From contig OZ024740.1 of NCBI GenBank assembly GCA_964016885.1, forward strand, positions 179,490,001 through 179,554,000: DNA of 64,000 nucleotides. Direction: 5' to 3'. Shown here in pieces: positions 54,098 to 64,000 of the stretch. The stretch comes from Eledone cirrhosa (lineage: Eukaryota). Both the position numbers and the translations under genes were made by a program. Within the stretch, counting starts at the first letter, position 1, and each line of letters begins with the position of its first letter. The notes below the pieces were generated by a model, which did not search any database, was not told the origin of the DNA, and saw only the letters and a program-made list of their open reading frames with translations.

Positions 54098-54297
54098 NNN
54101 NNNNNNNNNNNNNNNNNNNNNNNNNNNNNNNNNNNNNNNNNNNNNNNNNNNNNNNNNNNNNNNNNNNNNNNNNNNNNNNNNNNNNNNNNNNNNNNNNNNN
54201 NNNNNNNNNNNNNNNNNNNNNNNNNNNNNNNNNNNNNNNNNNNNNNNNNNNNNNNNNNNNNNNNNNNNNNNNNNNNNNNNNNNNNNNNNNNNNNNNN
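54098..54297. other. Assembly gap (200 N) followed by (GA)n
   Basis: Direct reading. Confidence 1.
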
Positions 54298-54356
54298 GAA
54301 GAATGAGAGAGGAGGAGGAGATAGAGAGAGAGAGAGAGAGAGAGAGACGAGAGAGA

Positions 54357-54399
<43 letters not shown>

Positions 54400-54403
<4 letters not shown>

Positions 54404-55820
54404 TAGCCTTTACAACTGAGAAAAAAATAGATATTGCCTCACAGAGAGAAATTAAAAAGCCGTTGGAAGATAATAGATAATTTAAAAGAATTTGAAATTA
54501 AAAGTTAATGAGGTTTATGCATAAAGAGAAAAAGGAATTAAGACTAATATTAAATTAAGGTTTGTATATTGAAGGGTTTAATAATATGTGCGAGGAAAAG
54601 AAATTATTAATATGTATTATTAAAATAAAAATATTAATGTTATTAAGGATATAATATGAAAAGAAGGAGAAGAATGAATGAGTTATGAATTCAGAGGAAT
54701 TAGTTAGGGTTTAACTTTGTTTTTATGTATTGTAATATGTAAAAGTCAAGCGAGTATGAAAGGAAGGATAAGATAAGAGAAATTTAAGGAAGAAAAAATC
54801 TGACGTCAAAAAAATTTATGTTTACAAAGGACTACTAAAGGTAATACTATAATGTATTAAAAAAATAATAATTTTTACGGCCAATGATATGAGGAAAGAT
54901 GGAAGAATGGATAATGTTGTGGTGAGTAATGTTATTAAGGATGTAATATGAAAAGAAGGAGAAGAATGAATGAGTTATGAATTAAGAGGAATTAGTTAGG
55001 GTTTAAGTTTGTTTTTATGTAATGTAATATGTGTACGTAAATAGTTTGTTTAAAATGAGCGCGGAAGGAAAGGAGAAAAGAATGTTTAAGGAAGAAAATA
55101 TCTAACATCCAAAAATATATATGTTTACGAAATATTTTCTAATGGTAACAATATAATATATTAAAAGAAATTAGTTAGGGTTTAAGTTTGTTTTTATGTA
55201 TTGTAATATGTAAAAGTCAAGCGAGCATGAAAGGAAGGATAGGATAAGAGAAATTTAAGGGAGAAAAAATCTAACGTAAAAGAAATTTATGTTTACGAAG
55301 GACTACTAAAGGTAATACTATAATGTATTAAACAAATAATAATTTTTATGGCCAATGATATGAGGAAAGATGGAAGAATGGATAATGTTGTGGTGAGTAA
55401 TAATAAGAACTGAGAAGTAGCTAGGAAAAAAAGGTACAAATTAGAGGTTAGAAATTAAAAAGAAAAGAGGAAGAAAGGAACATGATAAAGAGGAATGATA
55501 TAGAATGGGTAAATTGTATAATATAATATATAATAAATAATATTGAAATAAGGTAGAAAGATAGGTATATTTTTAAAAGATATATAAGCCTTAGAGAAAA
55601 AGGATTTTAAACTAGTAAGGTATTAGATATTAGCTGTATACTTTATGGAATGTTCTGTGGAATTTATGCAAGCAAAGAGAAAATAAATCCGTGCGTCTAT
55701 TTATTATAGAATTGAAATTAGATATAATGGTAAATTTCTCAGCTAGCCAAAGATTACATCTTTTGATCTTATATTATTTATACTCCAGTCCGGCAAACTG
55801 TAGAGTGCTACTTATCTGAT
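54400..55820 (-). mobile_element. Internally deleted Naiad-type PLE
   Basis: Leader motif GATAAGT-AGCACTCTACAGTTT (as in element 3) lies about 30 nt before KRCNLWLAEKFTII...NRRTDLFSLCLHK (extreme C-terminus). Long UTR with tandem duplications at 54635-55400. Confidence 0.65.
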
Positions 55821-55879
55821 AATTGCATTGCTTTATTGTGCTACAATAAAACTCACCTCCTACACACATATATATATAT

Positions 55880-56594
55880 ATATATATGAATGTATATATA
55901 GTGTATTTTGCAATACACTGTATGCTTAATTAAAAGCATTTCGAAGGCCTTACGCTATTGCTTTAGAGTAGTGACAGTCTCACTTACTTTAAATTTTCCG
56001 CAAACAGGGGAGATAAAGCTGACAGAGCTCTGTTTCGTACTTTTTGGTACTTATCAAAGCTAAGTACTCCACCTGTTTGCTGAAAATCATGAATGTTTGA
56101 TTCTTATAGAATTCTAGTATTAATCAGGACATGATTATAAAGAGCGGTTGCCGGTCAAGCAGAAATTAAACATTAGAATTGGTGCTCTGAAATAGCGATA
56201 TATATATGAATGTATATATAGTGTATTTTACAATACACCGTATGCTTAATTAAAAGCATTTCGAGCACCAATTCTAATTTTCAATTCCTGCTTGACCGAT
56301 AACCAATCTGTATAATCAGTTCCTGATTATTACTAGAATTCTATAAGAATCAAACATTCTTAATTTTCAGCAAACAGGTGGAGTACTTCGCTTTGATAAG
56401 TACCAAAAAGTCCGAAACAGATCTCTGTGAGCTTTATCTCCCCTGTTTGCTGAAAATTTAAAGTAAGTGAGACTGTCACTACTCTAAAGCAATAGCGTAA
56501 GGTCTTCGAAATGCTGTTAATTAAGCATACAGTGTATTGCAAAATACACTATATATACATTCATATATATATCGCTATTTCAGAGCACCAATTC

Positions 56595-56600
<6 letters not shown>
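55880..56600. mobile_element. 320-bp HHR-bearing unit in partial tandem and inverted array (retrozyme-like)
   Basis: Period 320 in both arms (55888/56208; 56265/56585). Inversion at about 56263. TA flanks. Confidence 0.85.
56017..56061 (-). ncRNA. Type I hammerhead, U3-A8 core variant
   Basis: AGCT-TTGATAA-GTAC(caaaaa)GTAC-GAAA-CAGAGCTCTG-TC^-AGCT. The mirror copy at 56390-56432 has GUG at the cleavage site. Confidence 0.85.
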
Positions 56601-56632
<32 letters not shown>

Positions 56633-56794
56633 GTTACAGTATCGTGAGAGAGAATAGAGAGAGGAAATGTTATAGAAAGAGACGATACAGATAATTAATT
56701 TCCATAAGCAGGGGTATTCGTACTCGATGCTTGTACAAACAGGATTAAATATTAGAAGCGTTAATATTTAGTGCGCGAATTTAAGCAGAGCAAT

Positions 56795-57361
56795 TATAAT
56801 CGAAGAAATTGATGAAAGAGAAGCAAGCCATTAAAATAGATTTATAAGAAGCACTTACACATGTTACGCCCAAGTTGAGTTCCTCAGATGCTTACAAGAA
56901 AATATAGTTAAATGTTTGTTTGTGAACAAAGGGGAATAATTCGGGTGCTATTTGAAATTATCTGCTAAATTACATTCCACTATTACAGAATAATTATTTA
57001 TTCCCCTACTTCTAGTGCTAATTTAATTATGCTTTGTCAAGCCAATTTAAAGAGGCACAGTTAAGGAATGAGTGTGATGAATAAATAAATATTTTATAAT
57101 AGTGGAATGTAATTTAGGAGATAATTCCAAATAGCACCGGAATTACTCCGCTTTGTTCACAAACATAAGCATTTAACTTTGTAACACCGAGATATGAATT
57201 TCGATGTTAAAATCGTACTCATACCCATTCAGGGTTCTTTATTAAATCCTTTATTTTCTTGTAAGCCTCCTAGGAGCCCAACTTGGGCGTAACATGTTTT
57301 AAGAGCTTCTTATAAATATATTTTAACGGCTTGCTTCTCTTTCATCAATTTTTTCGATTAT
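56795..57361. repeat. Fold-back with hammerhead-like motif (GTAA instead of GAAA)
   Basis: 56795-57003 is the inverse of 57077-57361 (with an insert). Minus 56849-56893: AAGCAT-CTGAGGA-ACTCA/TGGGC-GTAA-CATGTG-TA-AGTGCTT. Confidence 0.75.
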
Positions 57362-57827
57362 ATATATATATATATGGAAAAAGTGAAATTTCATTTCTCA
57401 CTCATAGTACGGCTGATACTTAAATATAAGTATGTATAGGTAGATACATATATGTATACAGACGCACACTAGTATGTATATACATACATACATGCACACA
57501 TATATGTATGTACGTATGGGTTTACCGAACATTTATTATAATACTCGGTTTGTTTTAAACAAACAGCCCGAATTAGTAGCCGTACAGTGTTCAGCAACCA
57601 TCGTGATCCTTTTGTTCAAATCTGACTAAGGAACGATGAATTAGTTTCTAGCTTATCAGCATCGCATACCTTCCTGATTTAACGTTTGAAAGTAAATGCT
57701 TTACTTATGCATATTAACGGCTGAACAGCCTAATTTGCATATCGAGTGAGTTAGTCGGCCGGGTCTACCGAAAATGATAAATGGAAAAAAAATTAAATTT
57801 CATTTCTCACTTATATATATATAAATA

Positions 57828-57885
<58 letters not shown>

Positions 57886-57888
<3 letters not shown>

Positions 57889-58301
57889 CGGGTAAAATTC
57901 CCGAGATCCATGGGCGAGTTCTTTCCAGCGGTCTCTGTCCCTCATTATCGCTGGCATGTCGTGCGTCTCCAACAGACCAGTGTCTGTCCTTAGGGCATCA
58001 ACATACGTTAACCTTGGTCTCCCTCTTCCAGTGTGTCCATGTAGGGGCTCCCACAGTAGCACTGAGTGCAATGTCAACTTTGGATGTCGGTGAGAATGTC
58101 CAGCTAAGCTCAATCTCCTCTGTGCCACTCTTGAGATGACTTTTGGGGGGCTCCCGTACAGCTCTAAGTTTTTCATCCTCACTGTATACTGTTTAATGTT
58201 CAGAGCCATCCTCAGCATTCTCGTGTAGCACCCATCCACCATCTGAGTGAGTTTCTTGGTCAGTGTTCAAGTCTCAGAACCGTACAGCAGCACAGACTCC
58301 A
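57886..58301 (-). mobile_element. 3' fragment of the RTE family at 26252
   Basis: DGCYTRMLRMALN...GHTGRGRPRLTYVD; same 3' end CCCGCCC followed by (TA)n. Confidence 0.9.
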
Positions 58302-58661
58302 CTTGGCTATTTGTGAGCTTCGTTATTCTAAACCTTCACTTGCTCACTCACATGATCTCAAGTCTTGTCTGATGATCTTGTGTGTAACCATATGAGAGTC
58401 CATAGCAAAATGGCTTAGCGATAATAAATGAATATTTAAACTCTACTTCGGTATTGAGTTTTCATGCTTACCACCTTCAAAAATTTACGTACTCCCAGGT
58501 CTTGAATAATCTTCCCTAACCCAGGCTTATTGATCCGTCAAATCTTTTCTACCACCCACGGTTTGTATTATATTTTGCTAATCTATTTCCAGCGAAATAT
58601 TATTATTAGTGATTCATATTTATACGGCAGCTGATGAATCTAATGATAATTTTATTTTATA

Positions 58662-59320
58662 CTAGCAGTAAAGCCCGGCGTTGCTCGGGGTCGCTCAGTA
58701 GCTGTGTTAAAGTTACAATGTTAAGTTTCTTTTTTGGCTTAAAGTCTGTCTGCACGACTGTCTGTCTGCACGCCTAACGAAATTTACAGATACATATATT
58801 TTAAATAAACTTATATAATTTTTGCTTTTTTTTACGAAATATTTGCTTGTTTTACGTAGTCTTTAAATAAACTTGTTTTCAAGTAAAAATATTGTTTTAA
58901 AAGGCTTTTAAATGGAAATGAAGCAAAACGGAAGCTTAGTGTTCGAACTGATGAATTTTGCAGGTCAAAATTTTGCTGGCTCGACAACTGTTCGTGTATT
59001 GTGTTAATGTCATTTTAAACGCTGAGAAAGCCAGCGTAATTCTTTTAATTTTTGCACGCAGAAAATGTAAACAGAACGTAAGACGCTCAATGTAAACAGA
59101 ACAAAGGGAAATAACTCGTCACTTACGCTCAAAAATCGATACATTAGATTCGATTTCGTCACATAGGGTGGGTCAATTTGAAATATTTTTTTTCGATGTC
59201 TTCGCTAGGGCTCAATGTACAAGTATAGCAATTTCGGTGCAATTCCGTCAGAGATTCTAAGAGGAGATGTGTGCCAAAAATCGATAGACAGACAGACAAC
59301 CACAGCTTTATATATATAGA
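58662..59320 (-). mobile_element. Non-autonomous Helitron
   Basis: 5' TC (TCTATATATATAAAG...GTCTGTCTGTC), 3' hairpin CCCGAGC-AAC-GCCGGG then CTAG. Inserted between A and T. Confidence 0.85.
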
Positions 59321-59414
59321 TTAAAAACATTATATATGACAAAAGGACATTACAATAAATCCCATATTTACGAAGGTACACTATATAATTACTAATTTCC
59401 CAAGCCACCATCAT

Positions 59415-59598
59415 ATTGGCCGCATCGGTAGAGCGTCAGACACCATGCTTTACAGCATAGAGTTAGGGCCATTTACGTTCTGAGTTTAAATCCCGCCGAG
59501 GTTAACTTTACCTTTCATCCTTACGTGGTCGATAAAATAAAGTACCAGTAATGCTCTGGAATAATTGCTGGCCTTTGGCCAAAAATAGAAACAATTAT
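59415..59598 (+). mobile_element. Meta-type SINE
   Basis: Same family as 7262-7443. Confidence 0.88.
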
Positions 59599-59639
59599 TA
59601 CCACGCCTTCTAATATTTGGGACCCGATAGTGCAATCAA

Positions 59640-60510
59640 ACCCTTCTCCTCTCTATGCCTGTCACACAAATATCTCTTAAATCCCCCTCTCTGTATCTAC
59701 AAGAACCACACTCTACCACTCTCTATATCTACCACTACACCGCCTCTCTTATCCCACTCTTAACATCAAAAACTAATACACTTTCTCACTCTCTATAAAT
59801 ATCTTGACTTATCTCTCCCAATCCCCCAATACATATCAATCAACCCTAAAATCTCCCGCACTCTATATCTTCTATACGGCACTCTCCCATCATCCATCTT
59901 TCTATATCTACAACGAGCAAATCCCCCTTCTCTATATTTACTACACGGTACTCTCTTCCAATCCTCGTCTATATTAACACCAAATTCTCCCCCTCTCTAT
60001 ATCTAATACACGGAACTCTCTTCCAATACACCTTTCTATAACAATAAACTTTCCCCTCTCTATATCAATTAAAACCAAACTCTCCCCCTCTATATATCTA
60101 TTACACGGAACTCTCTTCCAATATCTATCTCTACATCAACAAACATCAATCTCTCCACCTCACTACATCCGCAACCATACAACACTCTATCCGAATCCCC
60201 TTTTCTATATCAATTAACACCAAACTCTGCTAACAATCCTCATTATATCAATTACCACCAAACTATCCCCCTCTCTAAATCAATTACTACCAAAATACGC
60301 CCCTCTCTATATCAACCATACAACAATCTCTCTCATTCCCTGTCACCCCATTCATAACAACCAAACACTCCCCCTCTCTATATCTATAAATACATATCTA
60401 TTAATCCTCTCTATTTATCAGCACCAAACTCTCCCTCTCTCTACATCAACCAGACAACATACTCTCCCAGTCCCCCTCTCAACATCAAGTAATACCAAAC
60501 TCTCCCGTCT
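59640..60510. repeat. Degenerate C/T/A-rich minisatellite (about 33-bp unit)
   Basis: Recurring CACCAAACTCTCCCCCTCTCTATATCAATTA. Confidence 0.75.
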
Positions 60511-61304
60511 CCTAGGTTCTCAACCCATTTCGGCCAAACGCACCCTTTTGTCACTCGAAATCACGAAACGCCACCCTACATAATATTTCCATTTTTCAAT
60601 ATACTACTGATTTTGATATCAGTAGATTACTGGGCCAAATCAAGTTACGTTAGAATCTTAAAAGAAATCTTTAAAAAGTACTCGTACGAATTAAATACAA
60701 ATAGTTTCAGTCCAAAACAAAAGCTAATTATATATTTCAAATTATACATTTTTGAAAAATAGACGTGAATGTTTTCAAAGACTTCATCTCAGTGGAAAAA
60801 GCTTTTTTTTAAATTCTATATTTCACTGTCATGTTAGCTGTTGAAATATTTTGAGTGGATAGACAATTCTACAATTCAAACTGTAAAGTCAAAATACAAA
60901 AGATGCAAAATATGAAGAATTTTTTACCTTTCTCTAGAATCACAAACTCAAGGGAAAACTATTACCTTACAAAATAAAATACATCCATCACAAACTTAGT
61001 TGCAAATAATGAATTGAGATGCTTGGTAACAATGACCCAATAATATCTGTATCCCTTATATATATATACATATATATATATACATAGATAGATACACACA
61101 CATACACGCTCGCACACACATACACACACACACACACACATGCACACACACATACAAACACACACACAAAATTATGTGTGTGTGTGTCTTGTTTTTGGTA
61201 CCGAAATAATTTTGTCTCCAATTTTTATTGCTAGGTCAAAGGCCACTCCTCTTTTCAACAACGTCAAATAACAACGCCATAAAGATATATATATATATAT
61301 TATG

Positions 61305-61715
61305 TCGTGTCACTCTTGAGTTGTACTGGGAACATGTAAACCAGTACAACCGGTAACTCCACCAAGTTTACTTGGTGAGGAGGGTGATTTTAGACACCCT
61401 GCAGGACAAAAACAAAACCTGACGAAAAGCGGAAGAACTCATAAGAGTTAACGGCCATCAGAGATACACAAGTACCGCGCGGTTGAACCAATGGGAGTGA
61501 AGGACCCCTAGCCTTTGTCAGGGCATTCTTCTAAGAGAAGGCAACTCAGTAAACTGGGATAGGATAACTATAAAACCTGCGGCTCAGTAGATACCGATGA
61601 TGTTGATCTTTTCTTCTTTTCGGGTTATATCTACTGTCGCTCAGAGAGTGGGAATGGCTCTAGTGCACAGTCTTTCCTCACTTTAAAAAATATCTTCACT
61701 CACAAGCATTGCACG
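61305..61715 (+). mobile_element. RTE-like 5' leader, second copy
   Basis: Homologous to 12040-12360. Confidence 0.65.
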
Positions 61716-61725
61716 ATAGAATTAA

Positions 61726-62118
61726 TTAATTGTTTCAACTTTTGGCACAAGGCCAGCAATTACCCAGTACATTACTGGTACTTTATTTTATCGACCCCGT
61801 AAGGATGAAAGGCAAAGTTAACCTTGGCGGGATTTGAACTCAGATTGTAAAGGGATGTAACTCTTTGCGTCAAAGCATGGCGTCCGACCCTCTACTGATA
61901 CTGCCAATCCAGAATTAATTAATAATTATTAATAATTGTTTCTACTTTAGGCACAAGGCCAGCAATTACCCAGTGCATTACTGGTACTTTATTTTATCGA
62001 CCCCGTAAGGATGAAAGGCAAAGTCAACCTCGGCGGGATTTGAACTCAGTTCGTAAAGCGACGTAACTATGCTGGAAAGCATGGCGTCCGACCCCCTGCC
62101 GATACTGCCAATCCACCG
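61726..62118 (-). mobile_element. Two adjacent Meta-type SINEs (61726-61910, 61930-62118)
   Basis: Both are reverse complements of the 7262 family. Confidence 0.9.
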
Positions 62119-62493
62119 TCCATAATTATTAATAATGGTATATCGTGCAATGGCCATATTCGATAACGAGGGGGCAGCCATCAACGGACAACAAAAGACA
62201 CGTACCGTTCCTCTCCAACAGATAACTCCCCCCCCCCCGGAAAACCCCCAGTTAATGGATGCGAATCCAAAATATAGGGACAATTAAATCACTCCCAAGG
62301 TAATTCTATCTCGTGTTATTATTTTTATTTTTTACGCTCTTTCCTACATTCTTCTACACACTATATATCTCATTCTACATTCCTTTACATCTCTCTCTTC
62401 ACCACCGGATTATGTTACGCGAAAATTTAGCCATCTGCATTGTTAAGGCTTCCAAAATGCCTAAAAAATATATATATATATATATATATTTAT

Positions 62494-63130
62494 AAATGGA
62501 TGTTTAGTAAAATCGAAGTTCTGGCTGCGGTCAAGCTAACGATATACAATTAGGAATGTGCAGCAAAGCACTCGATAAGGTTGTGTCACATTAGAGTCAC
62601 GTTAGACAGCTTGACAAATTGAAAACTGCGGCCGGTAAGCCTAGCCACAAAATACTAAAGTAACGAAAATACCAATCTGGTTAGATAAGAGATGTGGACA
62701 ATCTCGAACGATAATATGCAATAAGTCCGATAGGTTTCTATGAAAACGATATCAACAATCCAGCTTGCGCAATACGTAAGTTTGTGGTATTCGATGATCG
62801 AACTGTGGACCTATGTTATCAATAGGTATCCGTTCTATGTCTCACACCGGTGTGACATGTAGCAGTCAACTCCTCCCGATGGCAGAAGTCAATGTTTCAC
62901 TATCCCATGTTTTTTCCAACAAGGGAAGTAACCCCCGCTTTTTGCCGGGCAAATTCAAAGTGTGAACAAAGGAATTAATTCCGTTCTACAATCAGAAAAA
63001 GAAGCTCTCGGCTAGACGTTATTAAACAAAGATAAATTATTAACCAATCAAATAGAATTGTCAAATTAAATTAATTAATTATTATGTCTAGGAGATAATA
63101 ATAGAAATGGAAGTTTAGTAAAATCGAAGT
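62494..63130 (-). repeat. TA-flanked ~611-bp unit with terminal direct repeat (probable PLE terminus)
   Basis: AAATGGA.GTTTAGTAAAATCGAAGT at 62494 and 63105; TCGAGTGCTT on the minus strand at 62566-62575. No clear HHR. Confidence 0.5.
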
Positions 63131-63157
63131 GTTGGTATATATATATATATATATATA

Positions 63158-63270
<113 letters not shown>

Positions 63271-63554
63271 CTACATACATATATACATACATACCTTTAC
63301 GTATGTATATAGCTATACATTTATATATTTGTATATATGCATGCATTTACATTTAAGGATGTTGACTTGATTTATGTTTTTTTGGTAAGGAGAGAATTTT
63401 GCCTCCAGATTTTATTACCTAGTTAGATTAACTACCATAGCTTTTCGACCTCATCGCACGGCCTGTGTGTGTGTATGTATATGTATGTATGCATGTATGT
63501 ATGTATGTATATATGTATATATGTTATCTCTTTCTCTTAATTTCGAGTATATTT

Positions 63555-64000
63555 TTGAGCGGCCATCTTTCTGGTGGCAAGGTTGTAAAAGAAAAGAAAT
63601 TGTCAGAAATAAAAGAAAATAAATTGAGATGACATTCTTTCGCAGCTGGCAACAATGTGGCTTACATCTTCGATCTTTGTTTTATATACCCTGCATTTAT
63701 TGTCAACTGATGGCCCTCATCTTTTGTGCAGCAGATATTTGGTAGGGAGTTATTGTTCCTGTATTGCATAGAGATATCCCTGTCGGAACTCCATGCCAGG
63801 CTTTTTGAGTGGTTTATTCCCTCTATGGTCTGTGCTTTACGTCTGAAGTATCCATGCACAACTTTTTCTGTAAATTGGTCAATTTTTTCATCTTGTTTGA
63901 ACATTGGATAGGATCTTCAGATTTCTCTGGGTGAGAGATTTATATCAGGCTTTATTCCATATCTCTCCTCCGGATCAGTGGCTATCCTAATGATATTCTT
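63555..64000 (-). mobile_element. Degraded non-LTR retrotransposon fragment (R4/NeSL-like post-RT region)
   Basis: EKVVHGYFRR...INHSKSLAWS resembles the K.MHG.F...ID...S..W region that precedes the zinc knuckle. Confidence 0.4.

Noticed and set aside
59640-60510. CRISPR-like regular repeats
   Set aside because: Degenerate minisatellite without unique spacers, in a eukaryotic context.
62840-62910. GAAA-CAT...ATG-TC stem-III-like module on the minus strand
   Set aside because: No CUGANGA core with matching stems nearby.

Overview
AT-rich, microsatellite-dense eukaryotic DNA with no intact host gene that I can establish. The SINE families and (TA)n density suggest an octopus-like mollusc (inference). 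The window is mostly transposon relics: three near full-length Naiad-type Penelope-like retroelements (PLEs; YRDD reverse transcriptase plus C-terminal GIY-YIG), other PLE fragments, RTE LINEs, Meta- and CORE-type SINEs, a mariner, a Chapaev3-like element, a Helitron and hAT MITEs. PLE termini carry many hammerhead ribozymes (HHRs), several with atypical cores. The main signal is a non-coding ~730-nt tandem/inverted unit (19.3-21.4 kb) with four copies of a complete hammerhead whose three strands lie in an order that is not a circular permutation of types I/II/III. An adjacent, sequence-distinct element (21.46-21.52 kb, minus strand) has the same topology, different paired stems and the same UAAAGCGA linker. 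Also notable: a 320-nt retrozyme-like unit, a recurring GAGYRCTY dyad at PLE ends/starts, and a pseudoknot just before a Naiad start codon. All folds and translations were done by eye, and element boundaries are approximate.
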